Shown: positions 15,920 through 26,693, counted from the stretch's first letter. The stretch: DNA of 64,000 nt from an uncultured Syntrophaceae bacterium (GCA_964523565.1 CAZGAK010000001.1:3867-67866), one strand, 5' to 3'. Program-made: numbers and translations. Notes: generated from the letters alone by a model not told the origin.

Positions 15920-17221
15920 TTACCCAATGCCATACTGTTCACGGACAAAGGGAAGGAGACCGGCACTTTCCAAATTCTTCAATGGTGCCAGGAAGGTAAC
16001 ATGAATAACTCCCGGTAGACGTCCGATTTCAACAGCACCGGTAATTGTAGCACGGTTCTTCACTTCCGGGACGCTCATCCCTAAAAGAGTGGCGGCTCGT
16101 TGCAATCCGTTTTCTGTGGCTTTATTTAAATCAGCCCCTGTTCCGATGACAGAGATGGGAGCGGATTCCTCTAACGTGGAGAGTCCCCACTTTTGTGCCA
16201 GAATCTGGGCACGTCCCCTTTCCTCGGAACTAAAAGGCCTGGCCAGATAAGGAAGATCCTCAACAAGAGGGAAAAGTATCGGTCCCTGAAGCTCTCGTTC
16301 CTTTACCACATTAACCTGTACGGTGATAATGCCGGCTACGTCCATGGTGTGGCCGGCAATCTCTCCGTCTCCCTGGAGTGCGTGCATGTCGCCCATATAC
16401 ACACCGCCGCCCGGCACTTTCACGGGAGCCAGCACAATCGTTCCCGGTCTGACTGCGTCGATATCCATGTGTCCGTCGGTGCGCGATTCGAGTTGCTCGG
16501 CGGTGAGTGCATAATCATGAGGTGCGCCGACAAGAAATACGCCGAAATCACCGGCGTTGTGAGAATCCGGCATTCTCACGGCAGGCGTTGTCCCGAGTTG
16601 ACCCATGAAGGGTCTCATTCTGGATATAGTTCCGACGAGATCGTGCGGGGCAAAAAGAAGAATTGAATGCTGTGTGCAATTTTCTGAAAGCCTGGCATAA
16701 TTTTTTGCATCACGTGCGATTCGCTCTGCGGCATCTTTGTCCATGGTTACACCGAGGGTTCGGCCCTCGTCAAACACGACAGTATAACCGTGCTCGAATT
16801 GAAATGGCGTCACAGGAGTACCGCAATTAGAACAGCGCACCGCATCCTGGCCGATTCCCTCAACAATAGTTTCGGGGTACATTGTGCCGCACCCGGGACA
16901 TTTCTTGGCCACAAATGGATCACCAAGGAAATGTCCATCAACCATGCGGTCCTGTCCGGAAGCAGTGGCAACTGATGTGACATTTATCTCCCGGATTCTG
17001 ATGGCGATGGCGTCACCAGGTTCTGCATTTTCAACATAAACCGGCTGAGTTACCTCATGTCCACCACGGAGATGAGGAGTGATCATCGGCCCCCAGCAGC
17101 CAGGCATGGTATTTGCCTCGATGAGGCCGCCATCCCGGACCGGACCGAGCATGGGCTCTCCGGGGTCTAAAATACCGTTTGTGTACGTTGAAACAATAAC
17201 CTTTTTATTATTTTCAGCCAT
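15920..17221 (-). CDS. Acetamidase/formamidase family amidohydrolase
   Basis: 433 aa with FmdA/AmdA-like blocks (TMPGCWGPMITP, GDAIAIRI, GGGVYMGDMHALQGDGEIAGH). Confidence 0.8.
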   Translation of the reverse strand: MAENNKKVIVSTYTNGILDPGEPMLGPVRDGGLIEANTMPGCWGPMITPHLRGGHEVTQPVYVENAEPGDAIAIRIREINVTSVATASGQDRMVDGHFLGDPFVAKKCPGCGTMYPETIVEGIGQDAVRCSNCGTPVTPFQFEHGYTVVFDEGRTLGVTMDKDAAERIARDAKNYARLSENCTQHSILLFAPHDLVGTISRMRPFMGQLGTTPAVRMPDSHNAGDFGVFLVGAPHDYALTAEQLESRTDGHMDIDAVRPGTIVLAPVKVPGGGVYMGDMHALQGDGEIAGHTMDVAGIITVQVNVVKERELQGPILFPLVEDLPYLARPFSSEERGRAQILAQKWGLSTLEESAPISVIGTGADLNKATENGLQRAATLLGMSVPEVKNRATITGAVEIGRLPGVIHVTFLAPLKNLESAGLLPFVREQYGIG

Positions 17222-17406
17222 GTCTTTTACCTCCTATCTTATTTTTGCGGTGACAGGTTTCAAAATATCATTCGTTGAGGACGATATTCAATTTCCGGCC
17301 TTCTATAGAGATTGGAGAATGAAAGCGACTAGTAAAATGAGATCAAAATTTATGTACGGGATACTAACACGAAAAAAGTTTTCAGTCAGCATCTTATTGT
17401 ATTTGA

Positions 17407-18072
17407 TTATGCAAACTCTCGAACCGTTTTCCACGCTACAGATTGCAGAAAACGGGTTTTGTTTTCCTGGAGATTAAGTATCTCATTACCGTCAATAACA
17501 ATAGTACCTGTTAGGCCTGCGGGGCTTGTGCGAAAGAACGTCGAATAGAAGACACATGCTGCCAGGTAGGAGCCCACGGCGGTGGGATGACTTTTATCTT
17601 TCCTGTGAAGGGTTAAATAGGGGTCAGTTTGAAGGGCTTTTTGCCAGGCGATACCGACGGGAACAACTGTTGCATCAAGTTTCATGGCCAGGCTTGTATA
17701 TGCTTCTGTTAATCCTTCCTGCATCTGGGGTATGTGCTGCCTTGCCCAGGTTAGGTAAAGGAAGGTCCGTGCTCCGGACAACTTGATTTCGTGGTCAAGC
17801 TTTGACGCAAACTGGAACATTCTGGCCTTTTCCCTGACGGGGCGGGTACTGAATTCCTGCAGAACGACGATATCCCAATCTGCTTTTCTTATTGCCTTTA
17901 TAGTTTCCGGATTACTATAATGCCACTCTAATGTCTTCTCACCAGCCGCCACCATACTGACATCAAGCCTGTGAGGTTCATCAGACAATTCCGCCAGCTT
18001 TGATATCATCGAAGGCAGATTATTATAGTAAGTATAGCTGTTTCCGATAAAAAGAACCTTCAAAGATTGCAT
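17407..18072 (-). CDS. SGNH/GDSL-like hydrolase-fold protein
   Basis: N-terminus VLFIGNSYTYYNNLP is typical of SGNH-like (DUF4886-type) proteins. Confidence 0.4.
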   Translation of the reverse strand: MQSLKVLFIGNSYTYYNNLPSMISKLAELSDEPHRLDVSMVAAGEKTLEWHYSNPETIKAIRKADWDIVVLQEFSTRPVREKARMFQFASKLDHEIKLSGARTFLYLTWARQHIPQMQEGLTEAYTSLAMKLDATVVPVGIAWQKALQTDPYLTLHRKDKSHPTAVGSYLAACVFYSTFFRTSPAGLTGTIVIDGNEILNLQENKTRFLQSVAWKTVREFA

Positions 18073-18165
18073 AATTCAAATTCTTGCGTATCCTTATCCA
18101 GAGTATAGCCCTTTAAAGCGAAACGATTCTCAACAGCTCTCCGGATTGATTCATTAATCAGTTTA

Positions 18166-18438
18166 TCAGACAAATTCGATGGTCAGATCGGGGAATTCCT
18201 TTTGAAATTCTGCCTCAAGATTTTTTAGAATGGTAGCTGAAATAACCATGGCAATGCCGGCACAGGTCATACATCCGGGGCTGTGACTGACAAAATCGGT
18301 AAAGATGTATAACAAATTTTCTTTTTCACTGTAACGAACCTTTTTTACAAGCCCCAGCCTGGCCACAGAAAGGTCGCTTTCAGGGTCTTTTACCCTGTCC
18401 AGAATCGAATCGATCTTTTTTATCATTTCGGCTTCCAT
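18166..18438 (-). CDS. DUF59 (MIP18/SufT-like) small protein
   Basis: The VKDPESDLSVARLGLVKKV motif resembles the DUF59 core. 90 aa. Confidence 0.45.
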   Translation of the reverse strand: MEAEMIKKIDSILDRVKDPESDLSVARLGLVKKVRYSEKENLLYIFTDFVSHSPGCMTCAGIAMVISATILKNLEAEFQKEFPDLTIEFV

Positions 18439-18642
18439 TTAAAACCTGCCATATTCCGATTTTTTTTATTTTAACCCAGGTTGCATCATTACTCAATCAG
18501 ATAAATAAGGTACGTATGTCAATTTTACTGCATTTATATTTCTCTTGACCAACAATGCTATATTTCTTATATTTGACACAATTAATGAATTCTATATGGT
18601 AACTACTAATGGCGCTAAATTCTTTCTTAAAGGAAATCCAGT

Positions 18643-18954
18643 ATGAAAATTAAGGTGGAAAGAGAAAAGATTATTAAGGCGGTGAAGAAGCTGGAAGGAA
18701 TTGAACTTGTATTGGATGATTCAAGTGATGCAAAAGAGGCAATAGATCTTATTCTGAGAAGGACTGAATTGTTTAATAGCGATCATTACCAGAAACTTAA
18801 TGATGTTAAGGTAACACCAATCCAGGAATATAAGACATCGGCTGTCGATTATAAGATTCTATTCCTGCTGGATTTCGTCTTTGAAGAAAATGCTTCCCTG
18901 GATACAAAGGCAGGCTTCATTAAAGATCTGCAGAGTTTCTTCAACAAATTGTGA
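18643..18954 (+). CDS. Hypothetical protein
   Basis: An isolated 103 aa ORF in its own intergenic window. I recognise no family. Confidence 0.3.
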   Translation: MKIKVEREKIIKAVKKLEGIELVLDDSSDAKEAIDLILRRTELFNSDHYQKLNDVKVTPIQEYKTSAVDYKILFLLDFVFEENASLDTKAGFIKDLQSFFNKL

Positions 18955-18974
18955 CAGACAGCAGATACAGGTGA

Positions 18975-20576
18975 TCACATCCTGTCCGGGTCTGCCGTTA
19001 TCTTCAGAGTTTTATTTTTAAGCATGGAAGCTTTTGTTGTTTCCAGCCATAAGCGGAACTGTTCTTCTCCTTTAAATCTCAAAAGGGTGTTTTTCAGGTT
19101 ATCTTTCCGGGTTTCAAGGTCTCCTAAATCCAGCTCTCCCCTTTCTTTAAATCTGACGATTACGTAATTCCCATTTACGTAAAATGGTTTATCGGGGTAG
19201 GGGTCTTTTTCGGAAAGCAGAAACAGTGCCTGACCGAGTTCTACGGAAGAACCTATGACGGGTATATCCGGAGTTGGCAAAAACATGCCCGTTTCTTCCG
19301 CTTTGAGATTTTCATTCCTCGCGACTTCCTTTAAATCACCGCCCTTTTTTAGACGATCGAGTATGTCTTCAGCTTTTTTTCGACATAATATTTTGCATTC
19401 ATCTTTTATGTAGCTTTTTTTAACCCTGTTTCTGGCTTCCTTGAGACCTGGTATGTAAGGAGGTTTAATTGAATTTAGTTTAATGATGTAAAAGCCTTGA
19501 TCGTCAGAGAGGAGAGGTGCCGTCTCATTTCCTTTCATCTCAAATGCATATTTCTTAAAGTCTTTAATCCCGGATAGTTCCTTCGGAAGAGCATCAATGG
19601 TGAAAAATTCAGTAGTTTTTATCTCAAGCTTGTTTTTGTTTCCGTACTCTTCAAAAATTTCCTCCTGGTAGATAATGTCATTGGCTTTTTTTGCTTCTTT
19701 TACAGCTCTGTCCATCCCTTTTATGAGCTTCAGTTTGGCGCGGACCTTATCCTTGACTTCCGACAGAGAATATGCCTCGTCATTCGATTTCAGAAATTCG
19801 CTTTTGTTGTAGTCGTAATAATCTTCAACAGCTTCTTCTGAAACCTCTATGGAATTCGCAAAATCTTTTCCCAGGAAAGCAATATATTTGACCTGAATCT
19901 TTCGGGGTATCCGAAAATCTTCGGCATGTTCCTTCAGATAGTTTTCAAGGTCTTCATCGGATGGTTTTGCCCTTGCCTTGAAATTTTCCGGAGATATTTT
20001 AATAAAATCTATATTAATTTGTTCATTTTGAATCCTGTATATATCATATACTTCCTCGTCAGAGACCTTTATTGCTTCCTTTATAAGTTTCTCTAATTTA
20101 CCGATAATGAGTACTTTTTTCTGTATTTCCTCGAAATCTTCGGGAGTCAGCCTGTTGTAACGGAGCATGCGATGATAAAGATCCTTATCGAAAACACCGT
20201 CTCTCTGGAAAGCAGGATATGAAAAAATGGCAGATCTGATTTCCTCATCACTTACGCCTAATTTGAATTCCTCTGCCCTGGAAAGAAGAACTGCCTGATT
20301 AATTACATTATTGAGCGCGCGCTGCTTGAGGTTTAACGCCTTGAGCATGTCGTCAGTTAAAGTACCCTTATAGCGCTGACGATAAAAGTCTATGAGTTTT
20401 TCGTATTCCTCTTTGAACTCGGCATAGCCTATCGCTTTGTTTTTAACGATTGCTATTGATTCAGCCTCCCTTTCCCCCCGCATAGATCCGAAGTAAAAAA
20501 TAAAGACAAGGATAATAATGCCCAGAAGTACCTGCATGAACCAGGCTCTGGCATGTTTTCTCATTAAGCGCAACAT
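18975..20576 (-). CDS. Periplasmic chaperone / peptidyl-prolyl isomerase, PpiD-like (SurA N-terminal domain protein)
   Basis: 533 aa. The N-terminal anchor MLRLMRKHARAWFMQVLLGIIILVFIFYFG is typical of PpiD, and the body is long and rich in helices and Lys/Glu. Confidence 0.6.
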   Translation of the reverse strand: MLRLMRKHARAWFMQVLLGIIILVFIFYFGSMRGEREAESIAIVKNKAIGYAEFKEEYEKLIDFYRQRYKGTLTDDMLKALNLKQRALNNVINQAVLLSRAEEFKLGVSDEEIRSAIFSYPAFQRDGVFDKDLYHRMLRYNRLTPEDFEEIQKKVLIIGKLEKLIKEAIKVSDEEVYDIYRIQNEQINIDFIKISPENFKARAKPSDEDLENYLKEHAEDFRIPRKIQVKYIAFLGKDFANSIEVSEEAVEDYYDYNKSEFLKSNDEAYSLSEVKDKVRAKLKLIKGMDRAVKEAKKANDIIYQEEIFEEYGNKNKLEIKTTEFFTIDALPKELSGIKDFKKYAFEMKGNETAPLLSDDQGFYIIKLNSIKPPYIPGLKEARNRVKKSYIKDECKILCRKKAEDILDRLKKGGDLKEVARNENLKAEETGMFLPTPDIPVIGSSVELGQALFLLSEKDPYPDKPFYVNGNYVIVRFKERGELDLGDLETRKDNLKNTLLRFKGEEQFRLWLETTKASMLKNKTLKITADPDRM

Positions 20577-20679
20577 ATATAATATTCCTTATTAATAAAT
20601 TTACGAAAACGAAATCATAATTATGAGCGGTATAAGTAGTATAGTCACCGGCAAAATGCAATATTTTTTTAGAAAGGCA

Positions 20680-20708
20680 TTGATTAGGCCATTCAAATGC
20701 TGTATAAG
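20680..20708 (+). promoter_or_regulatory. Candidate sigma70-type promoter for mreB
   Basis: TTGATT (20680-20685), a 17 nt spacer, then TATAAG (20703-20708), 35 nt upstream of the mreB start. Confidence 0.35.
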
Positions 20709-20730
20709 GTGCTTTGCTGAAAAAAAATAG

Positions 20731-21780
<1,050 letters not shown>

Positions 21781-21841
21781 ACTGAATGTTTAGTCTTCTA
21801 TAGAAAAATATCCTCAGGATTTCGCATCACCCTTCGAGTGA

Positions 21842-22044
21842 TTAGAGTCTTTATTCACAACAACTGCGTTTTTTGCGCAGATGCTGGCGGAAAATAAATC
21901 CGAAATTCGAATATCGAAATACGAAACAAATTCGAATATCAAATAACAAAATTTCGAAACAGTTTTGGACATTCGAGTTTAGGGTTTTGATATTGTTTCG
22001 AATTTCGTACTTCGGATTTCGAATTTGCAGCTTTGCTGCCTTAG
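21842..22044 (+). repeat. Modular repeat family 1, gamma core (flip orientation)
   Basis: TTAGAGTCTTTATTCACAACAACTGCGTTTTTTGCGCAGATG, then an AT-rich palindromic gamma core, then GCAGCTTTGCTGCCTTAG. Confidence 0.9.
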
Positions 22045-22098
22045 AATATACCCCCGGAAGGTACGTGGTTTCGCTAAATTCTTCTTTTTAGATGAAAA

Positions 22099-22908
22099 AT
22101 GTCATTTCCTAAAAAATACCAATCAATCATCATAGCATCAATTCTGATCATTATCTTCATGTTAACCGTCTCATTCATTGTGAAGCCTTCAGGTGAAACA
22201 GGATTTTTCAGAAAGCTGGTTCTGGAGGTAGTGATACCTTTAGAGAACCTGGTTAATACATCAATCGACAGCATTGGCAGGACGTGGACCAGGTATATCT
22301 TTTTGGTTGGTCTGGAAGAGGAAAACAGAAGACTCAAGAAAAAAGTTTCATCTTTAACAAGCGAGATTAATGCCAGCAACGAAACATGTCTAGAATATAA
22401 TCGTTTAAGGAAGCTATTAGCCCTGCAGGAAAGTTCCAGTTTTGAGACAATTGCTGCTAAAGTTGTCGGCAGAGAACGATCCTCTGTGTTTAAGACAATA
22501 TTAATTAACAGGGGAAGTTCCGATGGGCTAACGGTCGGATTGCCGGTTCTTGCGTTTGAAGGCGTTGCCGGTAGAATAATCGATGTTTCCTGGAATGTAT
22601 CTACGGTGCTTCTTGTTATAGATTATAATAGTAATATTGATGCGCTTGTCCAGAGTGTCAGGGCTCAGGGCATATTGCAGGGTTCCGGCCGTGAGGGATG
22701 TACCTTAAAATACGTACAGCGATTAGAGGAAGTCAAGGCGGGTGATTCTGTAATATGTTCAGGTTTGGCCGGCGTTTTTCCGAAAGGGCTACTGCTTGGT
22801 ACTGTCGTAAGTGTCGACAGGGAAGAGACGGCTTTGTTTCAAAAGATACAGGTTGTTCCGGCAGTTGATGTGACAAAGCTCGAAGAAGTATTGGTGATCT
22901 TAAAATGA
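22099..22908 (+). CDS. mreC: Rod shape-determining protein MreC
   Basis: N-terminal TM helix, a coiled-coil (EENRRLKKKVSSL) and C-terminal beta domains (GLPVLAFEGVAGRI, SGLAGVFPKGLLLGTV). It lies between mreB and mreD. Confidence 0.85.
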   Translation: MSFPKKYQSIIIASILIIIFMLTVSFIVKPSGETGFFRKLVLEVVIPLENLVNTSIDSIGRTWTRYIFLVGLEEENRRLKKKVSSLTSEINASNETCLEYNRLRKLLALQESSSFETIAAKVVGRERSSVFKTILINRGSSDGLTVGLPVLAFEGVAGRIIDVSWNVSTVLLVIDYNSNIDALVQSVRAQGILQGSGREGCTLKYVQRLEEVKAGDSVICSGLAGVFPKGLLLGTVVSVDREETALFQKIQVVPAVDVTKLEEVLVILK

Positions 22909-23399
22909 TATATTACCTTTTAATGCCAATATTTTCATTGTTGTTACTTGTGTTTCAGGCAACGATTCTCGACCTTTTTTTCCTGGGAAAAATAAGGTTG
23001 GAAATATCCCTTATACTGGTTATCTACGCGGGCTTTTATCTTGATCTTGTCAAGGGTGGAATTCTGTCCTTTACTCTGGGATTTTTTCTTGACTGCATGA
23101 CAAGTCTGGTTCCGGGACTTTTTACTTTTATTTATATGGTAATATTTTTTATTTCCAAGAATGTTTCCTATAGAGTTTATCCTGAAGGAATTCCGTTTAT
23201 CATGATGTTTACGTTTATATGCGCATTTTCAGAAGGGATTGTAATATTTTTACTCTATAAATTTATGTTCGGTGCAAATATATTTCATGATATTTTGAAT
23301 ATGTATCTCCCGCAGTCTCTGGTAATTGCGGTTATTTGTCCAGCCTGTTTTGCGTTGTTTTATCGGCTCGAGGGTTTGTTACATGACGGAAAAGAATAG
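22905..23399 (+). CDS. mreD: Rod shape-determining protein MreD
   Basis: 164 aa polytopic membrane protein following mreC with a 4-nt overlap. Confidence 0.7.
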   Translation: MIYYLLMPIFSLLLLVFQATILDLFFLGKIRLEISLILVIYAGFYLDLVKGGILSFTLGFFLDCMTSLVPGLFTFIYMVIFFISKNVSYRVYPEGIPFIMMFTFICAFSEGIVIFLLYKFMFGANIFHDILNMYLPQSLVIAVICPACFALFYRLEGLLHDGKE

Positions 23400-25254
23400 T
23401 AAATTAGCCCAATATGACCCTGGTGAATTCAGGAGGAAGTTTAGGGTATTGATATGGTTGGTACTCTTTGCATTTGTTTTTCTCGTTGCCAAAATGTGGT
23501 ATCTCCAGGTAATAAAGGGAGAGGAATTAATTCAGCGATCCAAGAACAACAGGATTCGCCTTCAGGAAACAAAACCATTAAGAGGCTTGATTCTGGATAC
23601 GCGCGGGAAAGTCCTGGTAGATAATCAACCGTCCTTTGACATTTCAATCATTCCAGAAGTAGCAAAAAATGTGGAAGGTGTTATCAAAAGGCTGGCCTGT
23701 GAATATGGCGAGAATGAAATAGAACTCTATAACAATTTTTCATCATCAAAGCACAGGAAACCTTTCGTTCCGATTAAGCTTGAAAAAAATATTGGAAGAG
23801 ATAAGTTAGCCGTAGTTGAGACAAACTCTTTGGATTTGCCCGGCGTCGTCGTTGATGTTGTGCCTGTGAGAAAGTATATTTATGGTGAGATGATGGCTCA
23901 TATCCTTGGTTATGTGAGTGAGATTAGTACTGTTGACCTGGGCAGGGATTTGTACGGTGAATACAAGCCCGGTGATATTGTCGGTAAATCAGGCATTGAA
24001 AAATGGGTAGACAGATATTTAAAGGGTGAAAGCGGGGGAGAACAGATAGAGGTAAATGTTAACGGTAGAAAATTGAATGTCCTGGGGAAGGTTGAATCCG
24101 TTCCCGGATACAATGTCATGCTAACCATCGATGCCGATCTTCAAAGGATTTGCTGGGATGCCTTTCAGGAAAAGGCGGGCACCGTGATCATGATGGACCC
24201 TCGAGACGGTTCTATACTGGCCATGATAAATAAACCTTCTTTTGATCCAAATCTTTTTAACCGGGGCATATCAGGCGAGGATTGGAACAAACTTTTAAAT
24301 AACCCACTCAGTCCCATGCAGAATAAGGCTATTTCCGGGCAATACCCCCCCGGTTCCACATATAAATTGATCGTGGCTGCTGCCGCTCTTGAAGAGGGCC
24401 TGGTAACCCCTCACACAAGGTATCTTTGTGATGGTACGTATAAGATGGGTAACCGGACATTCAGGTGTTGGAAAAAGTATGGCCATGGTAATGTCAGTTT
24501 ACACCGTGCTATTGTAGAGTCCTGTGACGTATATTTTTACAATCTGGGAGCACAAATCGGCGTTGATAAATTGGCACAGTATGCACGGAAGTTTGGGTTA
24601 GGATCGAAAGCGGGTGTGGAGCTTTCCGGAGAGAAAAGCGGCTTGATACCAACAAAGGAGTGGAAACTGAAAAGGTTGAATAAACACTGGCAGATGGGCG
24701 AGACGATTTCATTATCTATAGGTCAGGGGTTTATTTTGTTGACTCCTTTACAACTTATTAGAACCTACTGTGCCCTGGCGAATGATGGTGTTCTATATAA
24801 ACCGAGACTTATAAAAAGAATTATGACGGAACAGGGGCAGATCATTAAGGAATTCCCTCCTGAAAAGGAGCCTCTTATACCTGTCAGTAAAAAAAATATT
24901 GAGATATTAAACCTTGCATTATGGGGAGCTGTAAACGAAGATCATGGTACGGGACTGGCTGTGAGAAGAAGGGGGAAGGATGTCTGTGGGAAGACAGGTA
25001 CTGCGCAAGTCATAGCAATGCCTCAGGATAAGAAAGATAGTGATATAGAAAACATTCCGTATAAATATAGAGATCACGCCCTTTTCGTTTGTTTCGCGCC
25101 GTATAAAGATCCTGAAGTAGCAGTAGTAGTGATTGTAGAACATGGAGGTCATGGGGGATCTGCTGCCGCTCCCATTTCGAGAAAGATTATTGACGGGTAT
25201 TTTGAAATCAAAGAGAGGAGAAACAGCCTCCAGTCTCGTGAAGTACAAGGCTAA
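23383..25254 (+). CDS. mrdA: Penicillin-binding protein 2 (elongasome transpeptidase)
   Basis: Contains STYK (GSTYKLI), SCD-type (SxN-equivalent) and KTGTAQ motifs. I prefer ATG 23383 (MTEKNSKL...) to the track start at 23326. The stop codon TAA at 25252-25254 lies inside a repeat arm. Confidence 0.9.
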   Translation: MTEKNSKLAQYDPGEFRRKFRVLIWLVLFAFVFLVAKMWYLQVIKGEELIQRSKNNRIRLQETKPLRGLILDTRGKVLVDNQPSFDISIIPEVAKNVEGVIKRLACEYGENEIELYNNFSSSKHRKPFVPIKLEKNIGRDKLAVVETNSLDLPGVVVDVVPVRKYIYGEMMAHILGYVSEISTVDLGRDLYGEYKPGDIVGKSGIEKWVDRYLKGESGGEQIEVNVNGRKLNVLGKVESVPGYNVMLTIDADLQRICWDAFQEKAGTVIMMDPRDGSILAMINKPSFDPNLFNRGISGEDWNKLLNNPLSPMQNKAISGQYPPGSTYKLIVAAAALEEGLVTPHTRYLCDGTYKMGNRTFRCWKKYGHGNVSLHRAIVESCDVYFYNLGAQIGVDKLAQYARKFGLGSKAGVELSGEKSGLIPTKEWKLKRLNKHWQMGETISLSIGQGFILLTPLQLIRTYCALANDGVLYKPRLIKRIMTEQGQIIKEFPPEKEPLIPVSKKNIEILNLALWGAVNEDHGTGLAVRRRGKDVCGKTGTAQVIAMPQDKKDSDIENIPYKYRDHALFVCFAPYKDPEVAVVVIVEHGGHGGSAAAPISRKIIDGYFEIKERRNSLQSREVQG

Positions 25255-25398
25255 GGCGGCAAAGCCGCAAGGGCTGAGCAATGAGCAATGAGCAATGAGG
25301 ACCAAGGGCTAAAGGTTTTTCCTTCAGCCCTTAGCCTTCAGCCTTTCGCCTTTCAATATCTGCGCAAAGAACGCGGTTGTTGAGAATAGAGATTCTAA
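25251..25398 (-). repeat. Modular repeat family 1, beta core, inverted orientation
   Basis: CTAAGGCGGCAAAGCCGC...CTGCGCAAAGAACGCGGTTGTTGAGAATAGAGATTCTAA. It contains the mrdA stop codon. Confidence 0.9.
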
Positions 25399-25434
25399 TA
25401 AGTACCTTAATTGTAAAGTTCTTGCAAAAATGGC

Positions 25435-25573
25435 AAAAGAATTTGGCTGTAACTTTGCAGACTTGGAAACGTAGGGCAGGGCTTTAGCCCTGCATAAAGC
25501 CCAATGCAAGGCTAAAGCCTTGCCCTACATGCAAGAGGTCAGCACCTCTTTGGTTACGGATTTGCCGCCTTAG
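25435..25573 (+). repeat. Modular repeat family 1, alpha core, left arm missing
   Basis: Carries the alpha core with a 58 nt palindrome (25471-25528) identical to that at 607-664, plus the right arm ...GGATTTGCCGCCTTAG. It ends 10 nt before the rodA ATG. Confidence 0.85.
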
Positions 25574-25583
25574 GTAATATAAA

Positions 25584-26693
25584 ATGAAAATAGATCGCAG
25601 GTTGTTTGTAAATTTTGATTGGATACCTCTCGTTCTGGTGCTGTCAATAAGTTGTATTGGACTTTTGAACCTGTACAGTACAAATTATAACCTGGCTCAA
25701 ATAGGCGGTAAACCGCTTTATGTGAAGCAGATTTACTGGATTCTGATTGGCCTCGCGTTGATGGTTGTCTCCGCAAGTATAGATTATCGTTTTATTATCA
25801 GGTATGGTTACGTTATTTACTTTATTTCTTTGTTATTCCTTTTTTTGGTTTTCGTGAAGGGGAATATAACTCACGGTTCGCAAAGGTGGCTGGTCTTATG
25901 GGGATTTTCTTTCCAGCCGTCTGAATTGATGAAGTTGACAATTATTATTGCTTTGACAAAGTATATTGCCGACAATAAAATTGGCGAGAGTTATCATATA
26001 AAAAGCCTTGCAATTCCTTTTATCATAGTAGCCATTCCCTGTTTGCTTATAATTAATCAGCCCGATCTTGGCACGGCCCTTTTTTTATTTATCCTGTTTT
26101 TTTCTGTGATCCTTTTTGTCGGTGTCAACAGGAAGGCGCTTATTCTTTTTGCCACAAGCGGTATTCTTCTGATTCCAATATGCTGGTTTTTTATAAAAGA
26201 TTATCAAAGGGAGAGAATCCTGACCTTTTTAAACCCCGAGAGAGATCCTCTCGGTTCCGGGTATCATATTATCCAGTCCATAATCGCTATTGGATCGGGA
26301 GGTATTTTGGGGAAAGGGTTTTTAAAGGGCACGCAAAGTCAGTTAAAGTTTTTGCCTGAGCAGCAGACTGATTTTGTGTTTTCCGTTTTTGCCGAGGAGT
26401 GGGGTTTTGTGGGTGCGGTAATTCTGATATTTATGTTCCTTGCACTATTATTGTGGGGTTTTAAGATTGCCCGCAATTCAAGAGATTTGGCAGGGACCTT
26501 GATTGCCTTCGGCGTAACCATGTTAGTCTTTTGGGGTGTCTTTATCAACATCGGTATGGTTCTCGGAACTCTTCCTGTCGTGGGCATCCCCCTTCCCTTT
26601 TTGAGCTATGGAGGTTCTTCTATGGTAGTTTTGATGATGGGGGTAGGTTTGTTGATTAATGTAAGTATGCGAAGGTTCATGCTTCAACCGTAA
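25584..26693 (+). CDS. rodA: Peptidoglycan glycosyltransferase RodA (SEDS family)
   Basis: 369 aa SEDS protein (QPSELMKL, PDLGTAL, LPEQQTDFVFSVFAEEWGF, LPFLSYGGSS), downstream of mrdA. Confidence 0.9.
   Translation: MKIDRRLFVNFDWIPLVLVLSISCIGLLNLYSTNYNLAQIGGKPLYVKQIYWILIGLALMVVSASIDYRFIIRYGYVIYFISLLFLFLVFVKGNITHGSQRWLVLWGFSFQPSELMKLTIIIALTKYIADNKIGESYHIKSLAIPFIIVAIPCLLIINQPDLGTALFLFILFFSVILFVGVNRKALILFATSGILLIPICWFFIKDYQRERILTFLNPERDPLGSGYHIIQSIIAIGSGGILGKGFLKGTQSQLKFLPEQQTDFVFSVFAEEWGFVGAVILIFMFLALLLWGFKIARNSRDLAGTLIAFGVTMLVFWGVFINIGMVLGTLPVVGIPLPFLSYGGSSMVVLMMGVGLLINVSMRRFMLQP

Noticed and set aside
21873-22091. ORFs that are translations of repeat elements: 14429-14638, 21873-22091, 25324-25509, 31398-31616 (ending MSFPRKRESSNYTQL), 33725-33931, 36227-36466, 37907-38110, and the 58572-58888 set.
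   Set aside because: They coincide with dispersed non-coding repeats with 7-nt periodicity or hairpins and lack SD sequences. The same DNA occurs in both orientations at other loci.
25251-25573. Possibility that the dispersed repeats are a CRISPR array or leader.
   Set aside because: There is no regularly spaced identical direct repeat with unique spacers. Copies are kilobases apart, in both orientations, and no cas genes are present.
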